Positions 54,731-64,000 of a stretch of DNA of 64,000 bases are shown piece by piece. How positions within the stretch are numbered: position 1 is the first letter of the stretch; every line of letters starts with the position of its first letter. The stretch comes from Oscillospiraceae bacterium. GTDB taxonomy: Bacteria > Bacillota > Clostridia > Oscillospirales > Ruminococcaceae. The stretch covers positions 7,850 through 71,849 of the forward strand of contig WRLK01000006.1 of the NCBI GenBank assembly GCA_009777635.1, read 5' to 3'. Made by a program: the position numbers and the translations under genes. Below the pieces are notes generated by a model. That model was not told the DNA's origin and ran no database searches. It was given only the letters and a program-made list of their open reading frames with translations.

Positions 54731-56095
54731 TTATTTAAACAACATAAACGCAAGTTTTTTAACATTACAGTTCCAATCATATTTTCTATTCGCGTAGTCG
54801 AGCGCTTTCGGAATATGTGTTTGAAAAGCCCGCCTGCTTGCTTTAGGGCATAAATCATTAAATACGGAGGTTAGGGCGTTAACATCGCCTAGCTTGTATT
54901 TCACACCAAGTCTCCCATTATCAGTCATATCGTCTGCTGCGTCAATGCCGGATGTTATGAACATACAACCGTGAACAAGGGCTTCGGCATAAACGTTAGG
55001 GGTTCCGCCCTCTAATTGAGACGTCAATACGAAAATTTTTGCTTTGGCATACTCTGCATACAATTCAGCCTTATCCGTAATTGGGCCGGTAAAAATTACA
55101 CGACTTTTTAAATCGGGGCGGAGAGTAAAATATTCGTCAATATAAGCTTGAAATGCAGGTTCCACCGTACCCACGAGTCGCAATGTCCATTTGTTCGAAA
55201 TTTTCGAATTTGCAAAAGCCACAAGCATCTCTTCATTGTTTTTTTGTTCGGTACCGATTCGCCCCACTGTAAGAATGATATTTTCTTTTTGCTCCGGGTC
55301 TGCGATAATGGGGGTACCTGTAGGGTCAAAGAAAGCATTGGGGAGGAAACGGCATGAAAACTGAACTTTAGGATGACGATTCAGCGCATCACGGACAAAA
55401 GTGCATGACGTTGCAATGATATCACATTGTGCAGCAAACTGTTTTGCTGGCGGGCTGTCCCAGTTATGCTTTACCATCCAATAGCAACTCATATCAAGCC
55501 CGCAAAACACCTTGCCGTCGGGTCGAAGCTTGCGATACTCGTTCAGATAATCTATCGTCTCTATATACATACCATGAAGAATCAGTATATCCATTTTCGC
55601 ATAATTTTCGCGCAAATGCTCATAATAAGCGTCTTTCACATTGATTTCGGAATCGTTGCACAGAATTTCCAATCCCGGCAAAAGCGGCGAATAGGAATAA
55701 TCCGAGAGCTTTGTGCCGAAAAACATGACCGGGTGTGCACCAATTTCTCGTGCAAGCAGATATCCTGCAAGCCCTTTGTCTTTCATAAGCTCTACATTAT
55801 TCCATTTTCTATAGCCTTGTATCGCCGGAGTGTACACCCCAACAGGCTCCGTTAACTTTTCAAAAGGCGGCAGAATCGTAATAATACGTTCTAAAATTTT
55901 GTCTTGCCAATCGCATATTGTAACCCGTAACTCAGGGCCAATTTTATCAATATTAGTTGTTGCAGATTTTGACGCAAAGTCTAACATATCATAAAGCTCG
56001 GCAGCGGTTTCCAATGATAAATCATCAACCTGTTCCATTAGAGGCGTGACTTCCAACAGGAAATCCGAAAGTTCTTGTACGATGGGTGTTTGCAT
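54731..56095 (-). CDS. GT4-family (GT-B fold) glycosyltransferase
   Basis: C-terminal EGGTPNVYAEALVHGC (E-x7-E-type motif). ATG 56095 behind GGAGG. Locally AT-richer than the flanks by eye. Confidence 0.7.
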   Translation of the reverse strand: MQTPIVQELSDFLLEVTPLMEQVDDLSLETAAELYDMLDFASKSATTNIDKIGPELRVTICDWQDKILERIITILPPFEKLTEPVGVYTPAIQGYRKWNNVELMKDKGLAGYLLAREIGAHPVMFFGTKLSDYSYSPLLPGLEILCNDSEINVKDAYYEHLRENYAKMDILILHGMYIETIDYLNEYRKLRPDGKVFCGLDMSCYWMVKHNWDSPPAKQFAAQCDIIATSCTFVRDALNRHPKVQFSCRFLPNAFFDPTGTPIIADPEQKENIILTVGRIGTEQKNNEEMLVAFANSKISNKWTLRLVGTVEPAFQAYIDEYFTLRPDLKSRVIFTGPITDKAELYAEYAKAKIFVLTSQLEGGTPNVYAEALVHGCMFITSGIDAADDMTDNGRLGVKYKLGDVNALTSVFNDLCPKASRRAFQTHIPKALDYANRKYDWNCNVKKLAFMLFK

Positions 56096-56351
56096 TTTGA
56101 AGCCCTCCAACGTTTTTGCATGAAGTCTTGTGTTTATTTGTCACAATTTCGGAATATATAAAATTATAACATGAATTCCTTTGAATGGCTATCATTCATC
56201 GGCAAATGCTTTTGCGAAATAAACCGACTTGGAAATAGAGATACCGAAACAGGCAATTCAGGACAATAGGCTGAATAAGAAAAAATGACAACCCTTACAC
56301 CACAAGTTACACCGCGCTTGTGGTCGAATATGAACAAATGACATCATGTTG

Positions 56352-56538
56352 TTATAAAAGGAAAAGCCCTTGCTTACTAAGAGCATGGGCTTTGGTGCAT
56401 GACAAAATGGCTTCATTATCGCATTATCTATATCTTTATTCTTTCATGTTTTTGATGTATAATGGTTGCGTTAAGGCTGCCGTGCAGTAACACGGTGTTG
56501 GTATCACCGTGGCCTGCCCGCCTTTATTTGTTTGTCTA
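56352..56538 (-). ncRNA. candidate small RNA of about 185 nt (orphan promoter-to-terminator unit)
   Basis: Bounded by a near-consensus promoter (56545-56573) and the hairpin AAAGCCCATGCT-CTTAGTA-AGCAAGGGCTTT followed by TCCTTTTAT. There is no RBS-preceded ORF inside. It contains mutually exclusive hairpins (CACGGTG/CACCGTG versus CCGTG/CACGG). Confidence 0.35.
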
Positions 56539-56544
56539 AGGCCC

Positions 56545-56573
56545 ATTATAAACGATAAAAAATAAATATGCAA
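56545..56573 (-). promoter_or_regulatory. sigma-A promoter of the candidate sRNA
   Basis: On the minus strand: TTGCAT, 17 nt, TATAAT. Confidence 0.5.
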
Positions 56574-56604
56574 GGGGATTTTTTATAAATGATTAACAAA
56601 CAAC

Positions 56605-56627
56605 GCGCCGGTTTTTTAAACCGGCGC
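56605..56627. terminator. intrinsic terminator after the DegT-family gene
   Basis: GCGCCGGTTT-TTT-AAACCGGCGC. The minus-strand reading is followed by GTTGTTTGTT. Confidence 0.6.
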
Positions 56628-56632
56628 TTCAC

Positions 56633-57733
56633 TTATTTTTCCGCCTTTACATGGGCGTCAAGCTTGCTCACCTCCGACGCTTCCATGATACATTCACTGA
56701 TATAATCGACCACCCGCACACTCAAATACGGATGTATCGGGATCGTTATAAGACGGTTCTCCGCCTTCCCGGCGTTTGTAAGCACAACGTTTTCCCATTC
56801 GTTTTCGGCGGGGCGCGCGCGGTTTGAGCGGCATACAACGCTGCACGGTATCTGCTTGTCCCGCAGCGCGTCAATCACAAAATCGCGCTGGTTTTCGTCG
56901 TTTAACTCAATCGCGAATTGCGTGTATGCGCTTATGTAATCGGCGCCCGCCTGCTGGAGCTTTACAAAATCTCTGAGATTATCGCGGTATCTCGCGGCGA
57001 CAAGCTGCCTGCGGGAAAGATTTTCCGTATAAATCGTAAGCTTTTCTCCAATTAAATTTACGCCTGTAAAATGAAACGGGTGGTCCTTTTTAACTTCTAA
57101 CAGGCTTGTAAGGATTTTTACGTCCTCGCGGGTGCGGCAAAAAACGCCTCCGCCATCCCCGCCGTCTCCAAGCGGCTTTGCCGGAAAGAACGACGCCACT
57201 GAAAACCTTCCGAAATTGCCTGATTTTTTGCCCTTGTACGACGCGCCAAACGAGCATGACATATCCTCTATGAGCGCGACGTTATACCTAAGGCATACTT
57301 CGCCAAGCGCGTCAAAATCACACGGCATACCGAATAAATTGGCGGCTACAAGCGCCTTTGGCATATTAAGCTTTCGCCTTGCGCACTTTTTCAGCACATA
57401 TTCAAGGCAATACGGGTCGACGTTATACGTGTTGGGATTTGTATCGACATACACCGGGGACGCTCCTGCAAGCGTGATGATTTCAGACGTCGCCAGAAAG
57501 CTGAAGGATGTGCACATAACGCCGTCGCCCTCGCGCACGCCGGATGCCTTAAGCGCCGCCAAAAGCCCGTATGTACCGCTTTTAGTTAAAACGCAGTGGT
57601 CCGCGCCCGTGTATTGCGCAAGTCTTGTCTCAAGCTTCATGAGCGCCTCGCTTTCGCCCGCTTTTATGTCAGGGACGACGAGCTGCCGTTTTAGTTCCGA
57701 TACTTTCTCTGTCTTTACGCCGGTAAATTTCAT
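56633..57733 (-). CDS. DegT/DnrJ/EryC1/StrS-family PLP-dependent aminotransferase
   Basis: SFFPAKPLG...GDGGG region carrying the PLP lysine. 366 aa. Confidence 0.75.
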   Translation of the reverse strand: MKFTGVKTEKVSELKRQLVVPDIKAGESEALMKLETRLAQYTGADHCVLTKSGTYGLLAALKASGVREGDGVMCTSFSFLATSEIITLAGASPVYVDTNPNTYNVDPYCLEYVLKKCARRKLNMPKALVAANLFGMPCDFDALGEVCLRYNVALIEDMSCSFGASYKGKKSGNFGRFSVASFFPAKPLGDGGDGGGVFCRTREDVKILTSLLEVKKDHPFHFTGVNLIGEKLTIYTENLSRRQLVAARYRDNLRDFVKLQQAGADYISAYTQFAIELNDENQRDFVIDALRDKQIPCSVVCRSNRARPAENEWENVVLTNAGKAENRLITIPIHPYLSVRVVDYISECIMEASEVSKLDAHVKAEK

Positions 57734-57877
57734 AGCTCAAGCCTGCTTCCAAATTGATATATTTTAAAGCTATTATACTATTAGTAAAAATCTAAACTTG
57801 TCGAAACTTTACGCCGCCTCTTCACAAATAAGGCGGAAAGCATTATACTAGTTGATATATCGGTAAGGAGCTGGAAA

Positions 57878-59038
57878 ATGAAAATACTGCATACATCGGA
57901 CTGGCATCTTGGTAAAAACCTGTACGACTTTTCGATTTTAAACGACCAGCGCCATGCGCTTGACTTTTTGCTTGAGCTTTTATCGAGCGAGAAAATAGAC
58001 GCCGTAATCATCGCGGGCGATATATACGACAGGCCTGTCCCGTCGGCGGAAGCGGTGCGCCTTTACGATTATTTTCTGACAACGGCGGTGACAAAGCTGC
58101 GCGTGCCGGTCATTGCGGCGGCGGGAAACCACGACAGCAAGAGCCGCCTTGAATTCGGCAGCAAACTGTATTCGGAAAGCGGATACCACATTTTCGGCAC
58201 TGTAAAGGCGGACGTAGGCTACGTCACGCTTCACGACGATTTCGGACAAGTCAGGATTTACCCGGTTCCGTGGCTTCATCCCGCGGAGATGCGGGTGCTG
58301 CTTGAAAACCCGGATATCAAGACCTTTGACGACGCATACAGGCTGCTTCTTGAGAAAATTACGATTGATGAAAATGTCCGCAACATTGCCGTCGCGCACG
58401 GCTTTTTCGCGCGGCTTGGCGGCTCCGAAGCGGAAAAAGAGCTGATTACAAGCGATTCCGAGATCAACGTAGGCGGCATGGACATCGCCGACAGCAAGTA
58501 TTTTGCGAAATTTGACTACACGGCGCTTGGCCATTTGCATATGCCGCAGCGCGCGGGCGGCGAATATGTGCGGTACAGCGGCTCCCTCTTAAAATATTCC
58601 GTCTCGGAGGAGCGCCAGAAAAAGTCCTTCACGATTATTGAGCTTCACAAAAAAGGGGATGTAAAGGTAACAACCATGCCAATTCCTGCTTTGAGGGACG
58701 TAAGGAGTATCACGGGCAGCTTCGATGAGCTGATGGAGCCTGATTATCATCAAAACAAGAACTTTGACGACTATGTTTTTGCGGATGTAACCGACTTCGG
58801 CGTGCTTTATCCGATGGAAAAGCTGCGGACTCTGTTCCCGAACCTGCTCGGGCTGCGATTTGCTTTGGAGCCCGGAGCGCCGGAGGATTTTGCCCTGCAA
58901 TCGCGTAGTACCGCGCAGATATCGACATTAGAGCTTTTCAGGCGGTTTTACAGGGATACATACGCCGAAGAAATGACTGCTGAAAGCTTAGAATTTTTAA
59001 CAAAAGTCATACAAAAAAGCGAGGTGGCGGGCGAATGA
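57878..59038 (+). CDS. sbcD: exonuclease SbcCD, nuclease subunit SbcD
   Basis: Metallophosphoesterase motifs HTSDWHLG, GDIYD and GNHD. Confidence 0.85.
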   Translation: MKILHTSDWHLGKNLYDFSILNDQRHALDFLLELLSSEKIDAVIIAGDIYDRPVPSAEAVRLYDYFLTTAVTKLRVPVIAAAGNHDSKSRLEFGSKLYSESGYHIFGTVKADVGYVTLHDDFGQVRIYPVPWLHPAEMRVLLENPDIKTFDDAYRLLLEKITIDENVRNIAVAHGFFARLGGSEAEKELITSDSEINVGGMDIADSKYFAKFDYTALGHLHMPQRAGGEYVRYSGSLLKYSVSEERQKKSFTIIELHKKGDVKVTTMPIPALRDVRSITGSFDELMEPDYHQNKNFDDYVFADVTDFGVLYPMEKLRTLFPNLLGLRFALEPGAPEDFALQSRSTAQISTLELFRRFYRDTYAEEMTAESLEFLTKVIQKSEVAGE

Positions 59039-61347
59039 GACCGTTGAAGCTTACATTAAACGCATTCGGGCCGTTTTCCAAAAAGCAGGAAATTGATTTT
59101 GAAACCTATGCAAGCGACGAGATATTCCTCATAACAGGCGAGACAGGCGCCGGAAAAACGACGGTTTTTGACGGCATCTGTTTTGCGCTTTACGGCAGCG
59201 CGAGCGGCGACGCCCGCAAGCCCTCAGCGTTTCAAAGCGACCACGCGCCGATGGGGGAGCTTTGCTTTGCCGAGCTTACCTTTCGGCTTCGCGGCGAAAA
59301 ATATTTTGTGCGGCGCACCCCGGCGCAGCGCGGCATAAAGCGCGACGGCGCGCCGAAAGAAATCACGCCGTCCGCTGAGCTAATCCTGCCGGACGGCGAA
59401 GTCGTGACAGGCTCAAACGCCGTTACCGAGCGCATCGCGCAGATTTTGGGGCTGGATTACAGGCAGTTTAAGCAAACCACCATGCTCGCACAGGGCGAGT
59501 TCAAGCAACTAATAGAAGCGACCGGAAAAGAAAAACAGCAGGTCTTTTCCAAAATATTCGGGACATCCGTATACGCGGAGCTGACATCACGGCTTGTACA
59601 GGAGGAAGCGGCGCTTGGGCGCGAGACGCAGGCGCTTCAGGACCGGATCGGCCGCTGCATCAGGGAGCTTGCGGGATACGGGCATGGCGCGCTGGCAGTA
59701 CCCGAGGCCGAGTTTATGCAGTACCGGCAAATCGAGGCGGCGGTATCCGGGACCGTTTTGCTGCACACGGAAAAATCGCGGGAGCTTGACGCTGAAATCG
59801 CAAAGCTTGAACATCAAAAAGAGAAGCTTAACCCCGAAAGCGCGAAAAAGCGCAACGAAAAACTGGAACGCCGCGACAGCTTAAGACGCGAGTATGAATT
59901 ACTCGCCGCGAAAAAAACTGAAATGGCGGACGCCGAAAATACGCTAAAAAAACTGAAAGCCGTGGCAGAGCTTAGCGAACAGGAGAAAATAATCCTGTCG
60001 TCAAAGTCGCAGATGGGGCAGCGTGAAAATCAGATCAAATCGCTTGAATCGGCGCTTTTAGGGCTTGAAAAGCAAAAACAGGCACTTAAGACGGGCGAAG
60101 AAACACCCGGGATTGTACAGGTATCATCCATGCTTGATGCGAAAAAATCGCGGTACGACAAGCTTTACCGCGATTTCATAGACGGGCAGGCGGCGCTATT
60201 GTCAAAGGGGCTGAAATACGGGATGCCATGCCCCGTATGCGGCTCTAAAAGCCATCCGTCACCCACGGTACACATGGGCGGGGATGTGACGGAAGCCGGA
60301 TTAAACGCCGCAAAAGTGGATGTTGACAAGCTTCAGGCCCAGCTTGTTCAGGCAAAGGAAAAGCTGGAATCCGAGCGATTTCGGCTGAAAAACGATTACG
60401 ACACGTGCATAGCGAGGCTTGAAACGCAAAAATCGAACAGGGACGAGCTAAAGGCGATATTTGAGACGCGGCGCACGGAATTTTTAAAACGGCTCAAGGA
60501 ATCGGGATTTTCCCGCTACGAGGACTACAGCCGCGCGAAGGAACAGATTGGCGGAATTGAAGCGTTGGAAAAAGACGTCGCCGCGTACAACGAAAAGCTT
60601 TTGTCAACATCGTCGCGCCTTGAGGAAATTGAACGCGATACAAAAGGCCAAACGCGGGAAGACTGGAATTTGGTGATAGATGAATACGAGGCTGTAAGCC
60701 GCAGGCTGATACAACTCCGCGAGGATAGGACGGAGCTTGGGCTCATGATCACAGGCTCGAACGCGCGGCTCATGGAGCTGCGCGAGCTTCATGCCGAAAA
60801 CGACGAAGCCGCTCGAAAATACCGCATAGCCCATAAGCTTGCGTCGCTTGCAAAGGGCAACCGCACGGTTTCGTTCGAGCGGTATGTTCTGGCGTCGTAT
60901 TTCGACGACATCTTAAAACTTGCGAATATCCACATGCAGCGCATGACAAACGCGCGCTACAAGCTGAAACGGCGCGACGACACGGTAGGATGTACAGGCT
61001 CCGGACTTGACATGGAGATCATCGACAGCTACACGGGCAAAATACGCGATGTTTACACGCTTTCAGGCGGTGAAAGCTTTAAAGCTTCACTGGCGCTTGC
61101 GCTGGGGCTGTCCGGCGTTGTGCAGATTTATTCCGGCGGCGTTACGATCGATACCATGTTTATAGACGAGGGCTTCGGCTCGCTTGATGAAAGATCGCTT
61201 GAATCAGCGGTCGAGACGCTTGTGACGCTCAAGAAAAGCGGACGTATGGTCGGAATCATCTCACATGTCGCGGCGCTGCGCGATTATATCCCCAAAAAGC
61301 TTTCGGTGCGGTACAGCCCTACAGGCAGCGCCGCCGAATGGGTTTAG
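59035..61347 (+). CDS. sbcC: exonuclease SbcCD, ATPase subunit SbcC (short, 770 aa)
   Basis: Walker A GETGAGKTT, coiled coil with the zinc hook CPVCGS, signature LSGGESF and Walker B MFIDEGFGSLD. The start overlaps the sbcD stop. Confidence 0.85.
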   Translation: MRPLKLTLNAFGPFSKKQEIDFETYASDEIFLITGETGAGKTTVFDGICFALYGSASGDARKPSAFQSDHAPMGELCFAELTFRLRGEKYFVRRTPAQRGIKRDGAPKEITPSAELILPDGEVVTGSNAVTERIAQILGLDYRQFKQTTMLAQGEFKQLIEATGKEKQQVFSKIFGTSVYAELTSRLVQEEAALGRETQALQDRIGRCIRELAGYGHGALAVPEAEFMQYRQIEAAVSGTVLLHTEKSRELDAEIAKLEHQKEKLNPESAKKRNEKLERRDSLRREYELLAAKKTEMADAENTLKKLKAVAELSEQEKIILSSKSQMGQRENQIKSLESALLGLEKQKQALKTGEETPGIVQVSSMLDAKKSRYDKLYRDFIDGQAALLSKGLKYGMPCPVCGSKSHPSPTVHMGGDVTEAGLNAAKVDVDKLQAQLVQAKEKLESERFRLKNDYDTCIARLETQKSNRDELKAIFETRRTEFLKRLKESGFSRYEDYSRAKEQIGGIEALEKDVAAYNEKLLSTSSRLEEIERDTKGQTREDWNLVIDEYEAVSRRLIQLREDRTELGLMITGSNARLMELRELHAENDEAARKYRIAHKLASLAKGNRTVSFERYVLASYFDDILKLANIHMQRMTNARYKLKRRDDTVGCTGSGLDMEIIDSYTGKIRDVYTLSGGESFKASLALALGLSGVVQIYSGGVTIDTMFIDEGFGSLDERSLESAVETLVTLKKSGRMVGIISHVAALRDYIPKKLSVRYSPTGSAAEWV

Positions 61348-61415
61348 TTGTATTTTATACCGTTTTGTGGTAAGATAACGCTGGATAATTGCGATAGGCT
61401 GGAGGGTAACCTGAA

Positions 61416-62852
61416 ATGGGTATATTTAAGAATAAAAAAACTGAAGAAAAAAACGTGGAGGCGATTGAAATAGAAAATCAGGCGGAGGGCGCCGCTGAAG
61501 AGGTTCAGGTTAAGGAACAGGGCTTATTCAAGAAAATCAAGAAAAGAGTCTGGTTTAAAATAACGATTAAAAACCCCGAAAAAGAAAAAGAACCCAAGCC
61601 CAAAAAAGAAAAAAAACCTAAAAAAGACCCGGATCATACAGCGGAAAAAAGCGCGGAAAAGCCGGAACCCAAGAAGGAGATCAAAGAAGCAGCAGCGGAT
61701 GAAGCCACAAAAGGGAAGAAGAAAAGCAAAAAACGATTGTTTATTATCATCGGAGCCGCCGTACTACTGGTTTCGGCAGGAGCCACCGCAACGCTTTTGA
61801 TGATAAACAGGGGACAGGCTGTAAGCGATCGTCTTTTGGAGGCGTCGATGCTTGTGGCGTCGGAAGAATACGAGGAAGCCCTTGAGATTTACGAAAGCCT
61901 TTTGAAAAAGGACAAAACGCTCATCGAAGCGTATCTGGGGCAGGCGGAGTGCCTTGTAAATATGGGCGATGCGGAAACGGCCCTCAGCAATCTGGAGGAG
62001 GCGCTGGAGCCTACGAATCATAACGAGCTTATCAGCGACAGAATCGAGCAGCTCAGGACGCCCGAGCCTGATCCGGAAGGCGGGCAGGAAAGCGAACCCG
62101 AGCCGCAGAATACCGAAATCACATTCGAGGATGCATCCTTTGAAAAGATGATCCGTATCGCGCTTCAGAAAACAGACGGGTCCCCGATCTATGATACGGA
62201 TACCGCCAGAATCACATATCTTAGCATCCTGGGCGAAACCCATACGTCAATCAGCGGAAGCCTCCATCAAAGCAACAGCACGGCCGGATATACTATTAAG
62301 GAGAATGATGACGAGGTGCTTTACGACGAGCGCGGCGGCATCAGGACGCTTAACGATTTGCAATATTTCCCGAATCTTAAGCACCTGACCGTAGGCTACA
62401 ACAGCGTAACGGATTTAAGCGGTATATCCGGGCTGAAATCACTTGTAAGGGTCAGCCTTTATTTCAACGAAATAAGCGATATTTCCGTGCTTTCCGGGCT
62501 TTCGGAGCTTACCGAAATTTATGTTTATGGCAACAGCATCAGCGATATTTCGGCGATAGCGGGGCTTCATAAACTCGAGCGCCTTTGGGTAAACTACAAC
62601 GACATTTCGGATATCTCCGCGGTTCGCGGCTTGACGGGACTTGTGGAGCTGAGCATCAGCCACAACAATATCACGGATATTTCACCGGTAGCGGGTCTTA
62701 CAAGCCTGCTGTACCTTATAGCGAACGACAACGGGATTTCGGATATCTCCGTGCTTCAGTTCTTGCCGGAGCTTATAGAGGTAAGCTTTATAGACAATCC
62801 GGTGCAGGATTATTCCCCCGTCAGCCATGTGAGAAATGTTAACAGGACATGA
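61416..62852 (+). CDS. membrane-anchored leucine-rich-repeat protein
   Basis: Lys-rich N-terminus, a single TM segment, a TPR-like segment, then about 8 repeats of 22 aa (L..L..L.L..N.ISDIS.L). Confidence 0.7.
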   Translation: MGIFKNKKTEEKNVEAIEIENQAEGAAEEVQVKEQGLFKKIKKRVWFKITIKNPEKEKEPKPKKEKKPKKDPDHTAEKSAEKPEPKKEIKEAAADEATKGKKKSKKRLFIIIGAAVLLVSAGATATLLMINRGQAVSDRLLEASMLVASEEYEEALEIYESLLKKDKTLIEAYLGQAECLVNMGDAETALSNLEEALEPTNHNELISDRIEQLRTPEPDPEGGQESEPEPQNTEITFEDASFEKMIRIALQKTDGSPIYDTDTARITYLSILGETHTSISGSLHQSNSTAGYTIKENDDEVLYDERGGIRTLNDLQYFPNLKHLTVGYNSVTDLSGISGLKSLVRVSLYFNEISDISVLSGLSELTEIYVYGNSISDISAIAGLHKLERLWVNYNDISDISAVRGLTGLVELSISHNNITDISPVAGLTSLLYLIANDNGISDISVLQFLPELIEVSFIDNPVQDYSPVSHVRNVNRT

Positions 62853-62960
62853 TAAACTCTTGCAAGGTATATACCTTAACACTGAAAGGAGTGATGACCC
62901 ATCCTTGACAATAGGACGTCAAAACGAGCGGGATTCCTGATTAACACGGCATATATAGCT

Positions 62961-63983
62961 GTGATTGCCGCGATTGTGTATTTTGCGTTTAAATTTGTCG
63001 CGGGCTGGATTTTGCCGTTTATACTGGCATTTTGCATCGTTTCAGTCATACATCCGCTCATTAAACGCATCGTAAAGCTTTTAGGCGTCAAACAGGAAGT
63101 CGTTTCAGTTATCATCATGCTCCTGATTTATCTGATTGTGGGTACGCTTCTGTTTCTTTTGACCGTTCAGGCGGTGTTCATGATACGCAGTGGGCTGCTG
63201 CTTTTGCCGGATTATTACAGGGAATCGATCGCGCCCGCGTTTCTTACCGCCAGTGAATACATGCGATCCTTTATGCACGGGCTGCCCGAGGGTATGCGCA
63301 CGCAGGCTGAAGCGATAGAAGAAGGGTTAGCCGAAACGTTTCAAAACTTTTTGCTGGGGCTTTCGCAACGGGGGGTGGACGGGCTTACAACTGTAACGAA
63401 AGGGATTCCCGCGTTTTTACTGACGTTTGTATTCACAATTATGCTTTCGTTTTTCCTTAGCATGCAGTATGACAAGGTGATAACCTTTATAAAGACGCAG
63501 TTGCCGCCGCGCGCGCAGAAGTTCCTAACCGACACGAAAACGATTATCGGCGACACCGTATTCAAATATTTGAAGGCGGCCCTTACCATGATGATCATCA
63601 CATTTTTAGAGCTTTCAATCGGGCTTTTGGTTTTGGGCAACCGCAACGCAATCGCGATTGCGGCGGGCATTGCGATATTTGACATGCTGCCGGTTTTTGG
63701 CACGGGCACGATCCTTATTCCGTGGGTTATAATCGAGCTTTTAGGCGGGAATTACCCGTTCGCGATGGGGCTTTTGATTTTGTACGCCGTCATCGTGATT
63801 GTACGAAGTATTATGGAGCCGAAAATCGTCGGCGACAAGCTCGGCCTAAACCCTATCGTATCGCTTATGGCAATCTATTTTGGCTTTCGGGTATTCGGTG
63901 TTCTTGGTATGATTCTAATGCCGATCACAACGCAAATCCTACTGGAGCTCCACAAAAAGGGAAGCATCAAGCTGTTCAGCTAG
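62961..63983 (+). CDS. AI-2E-family transporter / YtvI-like integral membrane protein
   Basis: 340 aa, polytopic, with a conserved C-terminal EPKIVGDKLGLNP motif. The GTG start is uncertain; see the finding at 62898-62960. Confidence 0.7.
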   Translation: MIAAIVYFAFKFVAGWILPFILAFCIVSVIHPLIKRIVKLLGVKQEVVSVIIMLLIYLIVGTLLFLLTVQAVFMIRSGLLLLPDYYRESIAPAFLTASEYMRSFMHGLPEGMRTQAEAIEEGLAETFQNFLLGLSQRGVDGLTTVTKGIPAFLLTFVFTIMLSFFLSMQYDKVITFIKTQLPPRAQKFLTDTKTIIGDTVFKYLKAALTMMIITFLELSIGLLVLGNRNAIAIAAGIAIFDMLPVFGTGTILIPWVIIELLGGNYPFAMGLLILYAVIVIVRSIMEPKIVGDKLGLNPIVSLMAIYFGFRVFGVLGMILMPITTQILLELHKKGSIKLFS

Positions 63984-64000
63984 TGCTGTTGACAAATATG

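Noticed and set aside
54607-54858. 83-aa minus-strand ORF overlapping the 3' end of the GT4 gene.
   Set aside because: It overlaps the glycosyltransferase frame for half its length, has no RBS and shows no motif.
56172-56340. Small plus-strand ORFs (32 aa MNSFEWLSF..., 18 aa MTTLTPQV...) in the GT4/DegT intergenic region, considered as possible type I toxins.
   Set aside because: They lack an RBS, a hydrophobic helix and a cognate antisense arrangement that I could define.
59035-61347. Short SMC-like ATPase, with the preceding nuclease, as a possible defence module rather than housekeeping SbcCD.
   Set aside because: The pair has the canonical SbcD phosphoesterase motifs, overlapping start and stop codons, a Rad50-type CPVC zinc hook and ABC signature motifs. 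There are no extra effector or sensor genes. Only the short length (770 aa) is unusual.

Overview
The window looks like chromosomal DNA from a Bacillota/Clostridia organism, roughly 50% GC by eye. Gene order and a THF riboswitch that closely resembles the Eubacterium siraeum aptamer suggest an Oscillospiraceae/Ruminococcaceae-like host, but this is inference only. About 85% of the window is conserved housekeeping sequence. It includes yloV/asp23/comEA, rpsF-ssb-rpsR, galU, prfB, infC-rpmI-rplT, dprA-topA-trmFO, plsX-rnc-smc-ftsY, rdgB-yhbY-nadD-yqeK-rsfS-leuS, rpsU, efp, coaE, tsaC-prfA and sbcDC. Three genes below the ORF-track size cutoff or with corrected starts were recovered by hand: rpsU, a YjfB-family ORF, and infC with a probable ATC start. 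Cis-regulatory RNAs I can support are a THF riboswitch before a FolT-like gene and a terminator-type leader before infC.

The only clearly accessory stretch is about 44.4-57.7 kb. There, a 9.9-kb segment is bracketed by 202-nt imperfect direct repeats. The segment carries GH43, GH51, a sugar ABC transporter, a LacI regulator, an internally deleted hsdM and a frameshifted, truncated rhuM. Each repeat contains a single CRISPR-repeat-like unit. To the right of the segment lie an AT-richer GT4 glycosyltransferase, an orphan promoter-to-terminator unit (candidate sRNA) and a DegT-family aminotransferase.

I could not support a complete, novel multi-gene system. The findings are structural oddities and candidate RNAs. 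Homology calls rest on motifs recognised by eye. Non-coding coordinates may be off by 1-2 nt.
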